64,000 nucleotides of DNA, taken from IMG/VR virus record IMGVR_UViG_3300013121_000033, positions 64,001 to 128,000 of that record. One strand, written 5' to 3'. Both the position numbers and the translations under genes were made by a program. Below, piece by piece: positions 27,063 to 36,033 of this stretch (position 1 is the first letter of the stretch; the number at the start of each line of letters is the position of its first letter). This DNA comes from a virus (Duplodnaviria > Caudoviricetes). The notes under the pieces are model-generated. The model did no database searches. It saw nothing but the letters and a program-made list of their open reading frames with translations, and was not told where the DNA came from.

Positions 27063-27092
27063 AGGATACGGGGCTTGTTCACGTTGCGTCAA
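27063..27092 (-). promoter_or_regulatory. SigA-type leaderless promoter TTGACG-N18-TATCCT-N6-ATG, -35 inside palindrome ACGTTGNNNCAACGT
   Basis: Read directly from sequence. Confidence 0.6.
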
Positions 27093-27378
27093 CGTCGGCG
27101 AGAAGTGATGCCGGGAGGCCGTCGGGGAACACGCCGGTCGGGTTGATCCACGGATGCCGCCACGAACGGACATCGGGGACGGGCCGGTGACGGTGGCGTT
27201 CCGGGAACCGGCCAAGAACCGACGGGTCGAGGTTGTCTGCGGCCACCCGGTTCGCGTACGCGACACGGTGACCGCCACAGATGCCGCAGCGGGCGTCGAG
27301 CCGCCACCCGAACAGCACCTTCGTCCAGGTGACCACAACCCACGGTTGCGTCGACCACGACGTCTGGAACGACTTCAC
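27079..27378 (-). CDS. Hypothetical protein
   Basis: GTGA overlap with whiB stop. Confidence 0.5.
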   Translation of the reverse strand: MKSFQTSWSTQPWVVVTWTKVLFGWRLDARCGICGGHRVAYANRVAADNLDPSVLGRFPERHRHRPVPDVRSWRHPWINPTGVFPDGLPASLLADVDAT

Positions 27379-27692
27379 CGGCACCCCATCTCGGCAAGAT
27401 AGTCGGCGAGGGTGACCTCGCCGTTCGCGATGCGGTGACGGGCGACTCGACGGTCCCGGGCGCTGGTCCCCGCCCACACCCCCCAGTCCTCCCCGTTCAT
27501 CGCAGCGGTCAGGCACGGGCACTTGTAGGGGCAGCGGCGGCACAGGTCGCGGCACTCCGACGGCACCCACGTCTCTGAGGCACGAGGTGGGACGTCGACG
27601 TCTGGTGACTCGATCACCGGGTAGAACAGGTGGGTCAACCCGGCGCAAGGCGGCGGGGCGCCGTCGACATCGACGACCCGGTCCAGGTTCAC
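27375..27692 (-). CDS. whiB: WhiB-family transcription factor
   Basis: C...LFYP...C..CP...C...A......GVWAGTS..DR. Confidence 0.85.
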   Translation of the reverse strand: MNLDRVVDVDGAPPPCAGLTHLFYPVIESPDVDVPPRASETWVPSECRDLCRRCPYKCPCLTAAMNGEDWGVWAGTSARDRRVARHRIANGEVTLADYLAEMGCR

Positions 27693-27925
27693 GACTCGTC
27701 CCGAGCAGCGGCGACGGCGACGGCGGGCAGGTGAGCGGTGACTCCGAGCCCGTCGAGTGCAGCGACGAGCAACCCGCCCAGATTCACGACGTCGTCGGCG
27801 GTGAACTCTGCGGCGACGACAGCCGCGTACGGGTCGGCCGCGGCGAGAGCCGTGACCAGGGCACGAACAGGGGGCGACCACCCGTCGGGGAACCGGGTGC
27901 CGTAGTGGGGGACCGGGCAGTCCAC
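27689..27925 (-). CDS. Hypothetical protein
   Basis: Operon context. Confidence 0.45.
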   Translation of the reverse strand: MDCPVPHYGTRFPDGWSPPVRALVTALAAADPYAAVVAAEFTADDVVNLGGLLVAALDGLGVTAHLPAVAVAAARDES

Positions 27926-27927
27926 GG

Positions 27928-28326
27928 TCAGAACCCGTGAACGATCGGCCCGGCACCCTCCATGAACAACGTCATGCCGAGGGTGGGGAACTCGCGGGGT
28001 CGAAGCAACCAGACCCGCATCTTCGGGGCGCCAGGACAGATCGCCATAGCCATCGCGGACTCGGCGAGACGGTCGAGCATCGACTGCTGCGCGTCGGTCG
28101 GTTTGGACGCTCGGTCGTCGGTCTTGAGTTCGATCGCTGCCATCCCGCGTGACGGGTGCGAACAGAACAGGTCGGGCCAACCGCGTGCGTCGTCGTCGCC
28201 GATCAGGTGTTGGACGCCGGTCCGCGTGTTGCGGACCACGCGTCGGCTGTCGTGGAAGTGCACGACAGTCCAACCGCAGCGGCGGGCGAACGTCATCACC
28301 TGCTGCTGGAAGTCCTTTTCCAGCAC
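27928..28326 (-). CDS. VRR-NUC endonuclease (Holliday-junction resolvase-like)
   Basis: EKDFQ..V...A...GW, GWPDL, IELK, PT.AQ.. Confidence 0.85.
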   Translation of the reverse strand: MLEKDFQQQVMTFARRCGWTVVHFHDSRRVVRNTRTGVQHLIGDDDARGWPDLFCSHPSRGMAAIELKTDDRASKPTDAQQSMLDRLAESAMAMAICPGAPKMRVWLLRPREFPTLGMTLFMEGAGPIVHGF

Positions 28327-28336
28327 GGCGACCCGG

Positions 28337-28642
28337 CTACTCGGCGACCCAGGAGTTGCTGCGGCTGTCCCAGCCGATGACCTGCCCCGGTTCGGCGGCG
28401 CCAATCGCCTTCGCGAGGTTCATGACTGCGAGGTCAGCGAACGTCGCATCCGGGAACATGGGAGACAGCTTGAACGTGGGGTGCCGTTCGCCCGGGGTGA
28501 GCGGAGCGTCGGACAGTGAGCAGGCGACGACATCCCCCTCACCGTCGTACCGCTTCGTGAACATCGTCGCGATACGGTCGGCGGCCACAAGCGTCATGCC
28601 CTTGTCCTCGCCGTCAGCGAGCCACTTCTCCACGAACACCAC
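28337..28642 (-). CDS. Hypothetical protein
   Basis: GTG with AAGGGG SD-like sequence; start uncertain. Confidence 0.5.
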   Translation of the reverse strand: MVFVEKWLADGEDKGMTLVAADRIATMFTKRYDGEGDVVACSLSDAPLTPGERHPTFKLSPMFPDATFADLAVMNLAKAIGAAEPGQVIGWDSRSNSWVAE

Positions 28643-28805
28643 GGTTTCCGGACCCCTTGTCGATCTGCCCCTTTCGGGGGCGTTGCCGATGATCCCGGTC
28701 CCCGCGGTGGCGGACCTCGAACGACGCCAACATACATGAGCGACACCTTGGGTTGGTGAACCTCCACCATCTATGTCGGGGGGGTCGGTATCATCACGCG
28801 CCGAG

Positions 28806-29129
28806 ATGGCGGCCGCGCCGACAGTGCCACTGAACCCACTGCTCACCTACTGGGCCAAGCGCAACCCCCCGCACCAGCAATCGAACTGCGTGTGCACGCA
28901 GGGCGGCGTGTGCGGATCGTTGGAGGCGCTGGCAGACCGGTTGGGGGTGTCGCGCTCGACGATGATCCGCCGACGCGCCCAGGGCACCCTGACACTCACC
29001 GAAGCCGAAGCATGGTGTGGGCGACTCCGGGTCCTCCCGACCGTGATCTGGCCGAAGTGGTATCAGGTTCCCGTCACCGCAGCGTTGACCGGCAACCAGC
29101 AACGGTGGAACGGGCGGTTGTTCGCATGA
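28806..29129 (+). CDS. HTH DNA-binding protein
   Basis: LEALADRLGVSRSTMIRRR...AEAWC..L...P..IWP. Confidence 0.65.
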   Translation: MAAAPTVPLNPLLTYWAKRNPPHQQSNCVCTQGGVCGSLEALADRLGVSRSTMIRRRAQGTLTLTEAEAWCGRLRVLPTVIWPKWYQVPVTAALTGNQQRWNGRLFA

Positions 29130-29794
29130 GCGACCCGTGGGCCATCCGCATCATCGACCACGACGACGCCGTCGACCCCGAGCAGCTACTCGCGAACCCG
29201 CGGAACTGGCACATCCACCCGCGGAACCAGCAGAAGGCGATGGAGGACATCCTCGCCGGGATCGGATGGGTGTCCCGAGTGATCGTCAACCGGCGAACCG
29301 ACTTCGTCGTCGACGGCCACATGCGAGTCACGCTCGCCATCAGCGCTGGACAGAACGTCCCCGTCGACTACGTCGAGTTGTCCGACGAGGAAGAGGCGGC
29401 GATCCTCGCGACATTCGACACGATCCCGATGCTCGCGGTGGTCGACCCCGCCATGTTCGCTCGGACGATGGAGGACGTGCCGCCCCTCTCCGAGTCCGTC
29501 GCGTCAGCGATCGAGACAGCGATGAAGAACCCTCGGAAGTTGAAAGACGGAGACGGCGGGGGGGAACCGGACCGCGAACGCGACGACACCCGCACCGCCG
29601 ACGGCGTCCCCGACGTCGACCGCGAATCGTTCACGTTCGGCTACATCCACTGGGGTTCGACCCATGTGTCGTGCTCGGGTGAAGCGATCAAACAACTCGA
29701 CCGCTGGTACGCGTCCTACAAGGCTGAACACAACGGGCACGACCAGGGGTTCGCCGAGTGGATGGTCGAAACACTCAGTGAGATTCTGGGCTGA
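29126..29794 (+). CDS. ParB-like nuclease domain protein
   Basis: LLANPRNW.IHP..Q, IGW...VIVN.RT..VVDGH.R. Confidence 0.8.
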   Translation: MSDPWAIRIIDHDDAVDPEQLLANPRNWHIHPRNQQKAMEDILAGIGWVSRVIVNRRTDFVVDGHMRVTLAISAGQNVPVDYVELSDEEEAAILATFDTIPMLAVVDPAMFARTMEDVPPLSESVASAIETAMKNPRKLKDGDGGGEPDRERDDTRTADGVPDVDRESFTFGYIHWGSTHVSCSGEAIKQLDRWYASYKAEHNGHDQGFAEWMVETLSEILG

Positions 29795-30513
29795 TGGCAC
29801 GACGCCCCATTGACCTCGAAGCGGTCGGCCGCATCCGCAACGGGCTGCCGCCATACCCGAACGAGTTCGACTTCTACGAGCGGCGCCGCAAGGCGGCCGA
29901 GTTCCGCACGGCCCGCATCCCCTACGAGCAGATCGGCCTCCTGCTCGCCGCCGACCCGAAGATCAACTCGCGTGGCGTCGCGTTCAACGCCGGGTACGGG
30001 TGGCGCCAATACCGGAAGGGTGACCCGCCGCCGTCCCCCGCGAAGCTGATCGCTGGCGTCGAGCGTGACATCGACAAGGCGATGACCGAAGCCCGTGTGC
30101 GGGCGATGGAGAACAGCGACCGGTTGCTCGCCGAAGAGATCGCGACGATCGACGCTGTCACACAGGCGATGTGGTCGGAGATGGCAGCGGGGTCGCACTG
30201 GCACGGGTTCCGCATCCTCCAAGGCGTCGAACTCCGAGCGAAACTCGAAGGGCTACTCACCGCGCAGGGGGTCAACCCTGCGCTTGCCGCCGCAGCCGAA
30301 GCGATCGAAGCGTCGTCACCGAAGGCGTTGGAAGGACCGCAGCCGACATGGGAAGTCCCCGGGTTCACCGCTGACGTCGTCGCAGTCCTCTCCCAGTCCG
30401 GGCTTATCACCGACGACCAGGCAGACGCAGCGCTCCGAGCGATCGGACCCGCCAACGTTCCCGTCGACGCCAACGTGATCGACGTCGATAGCGACGAACC
30501 TGTCGAGGCGTGA
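29794..30513 (+). CDS. Probable terminase small subunit
   Basis: HTH-like N-terminus (YEQIG), helical body; coupled directly upstream of terL. Confidence 0.6.
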   Translation: MARRPIDLEAVGRIRNGLPPYPNEFDFYERRRKAAEFRTARIPYEQIGLLLAADPKINSRGVAFNAGYGWRQYRKGDPPPSPAKLIAGVERDIDKAMTEARVRAMENSDRLLAEEIATIDAVTQAMWSEMAAGSHWHGFRILQGVELRAKLEGLLTAQGVNPALAAAAEAIEASSPKALEGPQPTWEVPGFTADVVAVLSQSGLITDDQADAALRAIGPANVPVDANVIDVDSDEPVEA

Positions 30514-32156
30514 CCGACACCCTCGACGGGGCCGCAGACGACGCTGCCGACGAAGCCGAAGCCCTCGCCGCAGCGACCAGGCCATCACGCCAAGCCGTCG
30601 GCCCCCCGTGCTGGCTCCCTAACGGGAAACTGCGTATGCGGTATGTGCCGCACACGCTTAAACCGCACGCACAGCAAACCGCATTCCTAGCAACCACATG
30701 CTCTGAACTTTTCTTTGGCGGCAGCGGTGGCGGTGGCAAAAGCGCCGCCTTGCTTATGGCGGCTCTCCAATTTGCAGACGTTCCCGGTTACAACGCGCTC
30801 ATTATTCGCCGCAACTTGACCGACTTGACGATGCCGGGTGCGCTCATTTCGATGAGTCACGACTGGCTAGGCGAGCGGCCTGACTGCTCGTACAACGGCA
30901 ACGACCGCAAGTGGACGTTCCGTGGTGGCGGCACGCTCACGTTCGGGTACATGGCGCACCCGTCCCATGTGGGACGCTACCGCGGAACCGAGTACCACTT
31001 CATCGGGTGGGATGAGCTTGGTGAAATCCCGTGGGAGGACGCCTACACGTTCCTGTTCTCCCGGCGCCGCCGCCCCGGTGGACTCTCCCGAGAGGACATC
31101 ATCTCGTTGTACGGGCAGGCGCCCGACGGGACAACACTGCTCGATGTCCCGCTTCGCACAAGGGCGGCGTCGAACCCGGGCGGTCCCGGCATGGACTGGG
31201 TGAAGGCCCGGTTCGTTGAACCCCTCACTCGGCTCGCGCCGTTCATCCGGTCGTCGTACCGTGACAATCCGGGCATCATCGACGAGGAATACGAGGAATC
31301 GCTTGCGCAACTCACCGAGGTCGAGCGTCGCCGCATGGGTGACGGCGACTGGGAGGTGCAGGAGATTCCTGGCGCCGTGTGGCGGCTCAAGGACATCTAC
31401 CGCGACGACTTCCCGTACTGGCGGAAGGGTGTGCGGGTCGAACCGGAGCCGTGGGAATGGGTCGACGGCGACGGCGGTGCGTGCATGTCGCGGTTCGATA
31501 CCGTCATCGTCGGGGTCGACCCGTCCGTCGGTGAGGGCGCCGGGGACGAGTGCGGCATCGTGGCCGTGGGACGCGAGTCCAAGTCAGGGCGGGTCGTCGT
31601 GTTGGAGGACTCGTCGGTTGCGGCGCATCCCGACGTGTGGGGCAAGGAAGTCGTGTTGCTCGCCGACCGGCTCGGGGCGTCCCGGATCGTGTTGGAGAAG
31701 AACAACGGCGGCGAAGAGAACCGCATCGTGATTCGTGCCGCGGCGGACCTGTTGGAACTCCCGATGCCGACGGTGAAGTTGATCTCGGCGCAGGGGTCGA
31801 AGGCGTGGCGGGCGAACTCGGTGGTGCAGGGGTACCGGCGGCTGAGCCGACCCCATGACACTGGCGAACCAGTCGAGGCAGCGGCGACGCCGGAAGAACC
31901 GGATGACAAGCCTCCTGCGACAGCGGCGGCGGAAGCGGGGAAGGTGCCGGACCCGTTGATCGTCCACTCGTACGCGGTGCGCGGCGGCCGCCTGGAAGCG
32001 CAGATGGTCGGGTGGGTGCCGGAGAAGGCTCGCCCCAAGACGTCACCGGACCGTGTCGACGCCCTCGTCCACGCCCTCCGCGAACTCCTGTACCCCGAAG
32101 GTGCGCCGTCACCGAAGCGGCCACGGGGCGCGTCCGAACAACTATCTCAGTGGTGA
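30510..32156 (+). CDS. terL: Terminase large subunit
   Basis: FGGSGGGGKS Walker A, IGWDE Walker B, ASNPGG, VGVDPS...DECGIV, SPDRVDAL. Confidence 0.95.
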   Translation: MTDTLDGAADDAADEAEALAAATRPSRQAVGPPCWLPNGKLRMRYVPHTLKPHAQQTAFLATTCSELFFGGSGGGGKSAALLMAALQFADVPGYNALIIRRNLTDLTMPGALISMSHDWLGERPDCSYNGNDRKWTFRGGGTLTFGYMAHPSHVGRYRGTEYHFIGWDELGEIPWEDAYTFLFSRRRRPGGLSREDIISLYGQAPDGTTLLDVPLRTRAASNPGGPGMDWVKARFVEPLTRLAPFIRSSYRDNPGIIDEEYEESLAQLTEVERRRMGDGDWEVQEIPGAVWRLKDIYRDDFPYWRKGVRVEPEPWEWVDGDGGACMSRFDTVIVGVDPSVGEGAGDECGIVAVGRESKSGRVVVLEDSSVAAHPDVWGKEVVLLADRLGASRIVLEKNNGGEENRIVIRAAADLLELPMPTVKLISAQGSKAWRANSVVQGYRRLSRPHDTGEPVEAAATPEEPDDKPPATAAAEAGKVPDPLIVHSYAVRGGRLEAQMVGWVPEKARPKTSPDRVDALVHALRELLYPEGAPSPKRPRGASEQLSQW

Positions 32157-32184
32157 CGGCAACGATCCGGTACGGTCAGATCGC

Positions 32185-32493
32185 ATGGAGCAGCCCGCCA
32201 TCGGCGACGTCGTGTCGAGCCTTGTCCGCGACCTCAGCCTCCGCCAAACGGCCGCCGTCGAAACGGCGGTCCGTGCCGCGATCTCGCAGATTCCGCGGCA
32301 CCTGTGGGGCCTCATCGAGGTCGAGTTCTACGAACCGACCCTGTTGTGGGGGAAGCCGACCTCGACGAACGCGGTGCCAGTCACCCTTTCGGCGAAGGCA
32401 CCGAAAGTGATCGTCCGACAGTTCCGCGACGTCGGCCCGGTCGAGTACCTGCGCCGCTACCGGGCGATCGCCGCGGCGATGAACGCCGCCTAG
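32185..32493 (+). CDS. Hypothetical protein
   Basis: TACGGT 8 nt before ATG. Confidence 0.5.
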   Translation: MEQPAIGDVVSSLVRDLSLRQTAAVETAVRAAISQIPRHLWGLIEVEFYEPTLLWGKPTSTNAVPVTLSAKAPKVIVRQFRDVGPVEYLRRYRAIAAAMNAA

Positions 32494-32774
32494 CTCTTCG
32501 TCGTCTTGCGGCGGCGGAACCCTCGGGTCCGGCGCCACCCGAACTTCGGTTGCGGCAACGTCCGGCCGTGGGAGTCGACGATGACGTGCGGCCCGTAGTG
32601 GAAGGCTGCGACGAGGACGTCGGCGACGTCGCTCTCGTTCTCGTACTGCTGCTTCGGTGGCGTCATGAGCACGGTGTCACCGTTCGAGTGCTTGACGACG
32701 GCGTAGTAGCGGCCGTCGTCGTGCTGCATGATGGTCGCCGTGTACGCGTGAGCCGGTGGTGTTCGGATCGCCAT
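32490..32774 (-). CDS. Small protein, possibly YegP/DUF1508-like
   Basis: DGRYY..VKHSNGDTVL.....Y...SD pattern; TAGCCT-N6-ATG. Confidence 0.5.
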   Translation of the reverse strand: MAIRTPPAHAYTATIMQHDDGRYYAVVKHSNGDTVLMTPPKQQYENESDVADVLVAAFHYGPHVIVDSHGRTLPQPKFGWRRTRGFRRRKTTKS

Positions 32775-32812
32775 GTGTCGAGGCTACCGGCCTCGTTGCA
32801 TGACAGGTCGGA

Positions 32813-34981
32813 TCACCCGATCTCGACGTACGCCGCCTTGAACCCGGTGCCGGAGTGGGCGCCCGCCTGGACGACCGCGGCGTTCCACTGTGTGCCGACG
32901 ATGCCGATTGGGCCGAGCGGATCAGGGAGACACACTTCCTTCTGGACTTCGCCCTCGGGGAGGGTGCAGGAAGCGACGAGCGTGTTGTTCCGGTAGAGGC
33001 CCCAGATGGTGTCGCCGCTGGTAGTGGTCAAGAGTTCCGCCGCGTCGATTCGGAGACGGACCACCTTGATCGGCTTCTTCGACCACCCCGCAGCCACCTC
33101 GGGGACCCCGACAGCGATCGTGGCGTCGCCGCCCTGCGACCACGACATCTCCTGGTCGTCGATCGTGCCCGCGTCCTGGACCGACGGCGACGACGGGGAG
33201 GCGAGCGACGTTTCCCCGCCGAGCGCGCCGAGCGCTGCCCTCTTGAGCCACCGGTCAACCTTGTCGGCCTCTTCCTCCAACGGTGACAGCAGCTTCGGAA
33301 CGGACAGGAGATGCCCTGCTGTTGCTTCGGATGCCGCCCAACCGACGCAACGGAGCGGGACCTCGACAAGGTCCGCGGTGACACAGTTGACGCGGTCGCC
33401 GGTGACGAGCGCAGCCCCGGGGACACCCGGGTCGCCGACAGGGGCTTCGTTCGCGACCTCAACGGCAGTCGAGAACGCGGCGAGCTTCTTCATCGTCTCG
33501 GTGCCGAGAACTCGGGCGGTGGTCAACTCGCGGGTGTCGTTGAGGGAGAGGAACCCTTCCTTGCGGTTGTAGGTGTTGACCGTGTCCTCGTTGACGATCT
33601 CGAAGTAGCCGCCGTCGTAGCGGACGCACAGGACGGTCTTGAGGGATGCGGCGCTGGCCTTGTGGCCGAGGTCGGTGGCGTTGACACCGATGGCGATGGT
33701 GAGGTCGCCGTCGTGTTCGACGCGGCCCGGCATCGTGGTGACACCGTCGCTGATCCCACGGGCGAACCAGCCGTCGAGGTAGCGGACGGTGTCGCCCGGT
33801 TCCATGTGCGCAGCGAACTCCAAGTAGCCCTCAGAGAACTGCTTGAGGACGTCGAGCAAGGACGCTCCGACACGGGTCGACTGCGCGCTGTAGCACTGCG
33901 CGATCGCGGTGGTGCCGCCGCTATCGACGGTGCCGTCACCACCCCAGCTTGACTCCCAGTTCTGGACTGTCGCGAAACCGGTGCCGAGGTCGCCGTAGCT
34001 GTCCCGTGCATGGGCTTCGTCGAGGACGATGTCGGCGACTTGGAGTGGCGTGAAGCCGGGGGGCTGGTCGGGGTAGGCGAGGCACAGCCAGTCGGAGTCC
34101 GTCCGGAACAGGAGTTGTTGAAGTCGCCCGAACACGGTGACGACGACTTCGTAGACGGCGCAGAGGAACACACTGATGTTCCCGGCGTTCGTGCCGGTCG
34201 TTTCGGTGCGGTCGTAGTTCTTGACGGCAGCGGACAGGACGTGGTCGCCTGCGGTGACGATGACCCGGACATACTTGCCGCGCTGCCACCCGTCGGCGCT
34301 GGGCGGCGAGTCGAACGATGCAAGGGGGACCCCGTCGAGACGGAGGTCGTAGGCGTCGTCGCCGCACACCCAGATGACGAGTTCCCGTGTTTCGGCGAGG
34401 GTGAAGTGGCGGCGCGTGTACCAGGTGCCGACAGGGTCGTGGTCGCCGGAGAGAACGCTCGGGGCGATCCACCAGCCGCTCGGGTCGACCCACGTCTGGG
34501 GTGCGCCGAACAGGCCGTCGGGTGGGACCTGGGCGGGGTTCTGGCACTGCTGGAACCGTTCGACTGCGGGGGTCCACGCGGAGTCGTCGAGGCGAGGTTC
34601 GGAGAAGTCCCAGTAGCGGATGTCGCTGTAGGGGAGGGACCCGAGGCCGCCCGGCGGGTAGACGAGGCAGCCTTCCAGTTCGGAGAGAACGCCGCGCCCA
34701 GCGAAGCTGCGCATCTCGCCTGCGAACTCGTCGTCGTCGATGGTCTGCTGGTCAATCGACTCGATGACCGTCCACGCTGAGGGGACCCCGTCGATCGACC
34801 ACTCGACGACGTTTGTTTCCTGCGGGGCGTCGGCTTCGGCGAAGTGCCGGTTGATCGAGAACGACCCCGCGCCGACGTCGTTGATGTCGTCGGACACCTT
34901 GGGGTCCTCGATGCGACCGATCTCGGCGCGGGTGTCGCCGTCGATCGTGATGATCGCTGCGGTGATACGACGGTCCGTCAT
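32813..34981 (-). CDS. Minor tail protein with carbohydrate-binding-like insert
   Basis: Second gene after tape measure; GAGSFSI; WYTRRHF...DDAYDLRLDG...GDHVL insert. Confidence 0.75.
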   Translation of the reverse strand: MTDRRITAAIITIDGDTRAEIGRIEDPKVSDDINDVGAGSFSINRHFAEADAPQETNVVEWSIDGVPSAWTVIESIDQQTIDDDEFAGEMRSFAGRGVLSELEGCLVYPPGGLGSLPYSDIRYWDFSEPRLDDSAWTPAVERFQQCQNPAQVPPDGLFGAPQTWVDPSGWWIAPSVLSGDHDPVGTWYTRRHFTLAETRELVIWVCGDDAYDLRLDGVPLASFDSPPSADGWQRGKYVRVIVTAGDHVLSAAVKNYDRTETTGTNAGNISVFLCAVYEVVVTVFGRLQQLLFRTDSDWLCLAYPDQPPGFTPLQVADIVLDEAHARDSYGDLGTGFATVQNWESSWGGDGTVDSGGTTAIAQCYSAQSTRVGASLLDVLKQFSEGYLEFAAHMEPGDTVRYLDGWFARGISDGVTTMPGRVEHDGDLTIAIGVNATDLGHKASAASLKTVLCVRYDGGYFEIVNEDTVNTYNRKEGFLSLNDTRELTTARVLGTETMKKLAAFSTAVEVANEAPVGDPGVPGAALVTGDRVNCVTADLVEVPLRCVGWAASEATAGHLLSVPKLLSPLEEEADKVDRWLKRAALGALGGETSLASPSSPSVQDAGTIDDQEMSWSQGGDATIAVGVPEVAAGWSKKPIKVVRLRIDAAELLTTTSGDTIWGLYRNNTLVASCTLPEGEVQKEVCLPDPLGPIGIVGTQWNAAVVQAGAHSGTGFKAAYVEIG

Positions 34982-36033
34982 GCGACCACCGCCCCGGCGG
35001 GCACATCCATGGTGAGAGTGGCGCGGCTGGCGGTTCGGTACTCGCCGTCACCCATGCGGGCCTTCGAATGGGCCGAGTTGAACCGGAGGGGGAACACACG
35101 GGCGTCGAACGGGAAGGGACCGTCAGGGGCGTCGAGTTCGCATTCGGTGGTGCCGTCACCGGTCGTGACCGGGCGAGTGACGTAGCGGCGGAGGTACATG
35201 ATGTTCGACCAGAACCCGGTCATTTCGTCGGGTGCCGCGGAACCGTCGGGGTACACGTCGTGCGCGACCCACAGGTCGAAGTCCAGGTCGTCGAGCATGT
35301 CCGTCTTGGTTGGGAACGTGGCGCGACCCGTTTCGCCGGACACGTTGCGGGAGTGGATTCTGTAGTTCGGGTCACGGGTGAGGTCCCACAGGTCGTGGAT
35401 GTTCCACGCCGGGGTGTGCATCGGGATGTCGTTGACGGTGAGTAGCAGCAGGTCGTCGCAGCAGCCGGGGGAGGGGCCGACAGGGTCGGGGATCGTCATG
35501 GTGGCGAGGTCGTCGGCGGTGACGAGCGTCCCGAGGGGCAGGAAGACGTCGAAGGTGACCATCCACGCGCGGCGAAAGATGCCGTCCCCCATCATGACCT
35601 GTGCTTTGCGGCGGCCGAAGACCAGGCTGCCGGGGATCACGGGGTGCGTGTAGTCACCTGTTGGGGTGGCGAGCGTCGCTGACTTGGTACCGTCGTCGCT
35701 GTCGTCGATCGTCGACACGGCCGACGTGATGAGCGTGCGGAACAGGTTGAGGTTCGCCCAGAACCCTTGCTCGTCGTCGCTGTACTGGACGCCGTCGGGG
35801 TCGACCTCACCGGTAATCCATGCGGTGAGGGTAACCGTGGCCGAGTCGAGGTTGAACGGGTAGGTGACCCGGCCGGACGCGTGAGGAACCACTGTTTCTT
35901 CGACCAGGTATTCGGGGTCGAGCGCGAGTGCCCACAGGTCGAGGACGTTCCATGCCGGGGTGTGCAACGACGTGGCCCCCATTGTGAGGGCGAGTCCTGA
36001 TCCGTCGCAGCATGGGTCCCACGGTGCGGCCAT
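34978..36033 (-). CDS. Distal tail-like minor tail protein with internal tandem duplication
   Basis: Immediately after tape measure; two homologous halves. Confidence 0.7.
   Translation of the reverse strand: MAAPWDPCCDGSGLALTMGATSLHTPAWNVLDLWALALDPEYLVEETVVPHASGRVTYPFNLDSATVTLTAWITGEVDPDGVQYSDDEQGFWANLNLFRTLITSAVSTIDDSDDGTKSATLATPTGDYTHPVIPGSLVFGRRKAQVMMGDGIFRRAWMVTFDVFLPLGTLVTADDLATMTIPDPVGPSPGCCDDLLLLTVNDIPMHTPAWNIHDLWDLTRDPNYRIHSRNVSGETGRATFPTKTDMLDDLDFDLWVAHDVYPDGSAAPDEMTGFWSNIMYLRRYVTRPVTTGDGTTECELDAPDGPFPFDARVFPLRFNSAHSKARMGDGEYRTASRATLTMDVPAGAVVA

Noticed and set aside
31850-31950. Pro/Ala-rich insert in the terminase nuclease domain as a mini-intein
   Set aside because: Too short, no splicing motifs; likely a flexible loop
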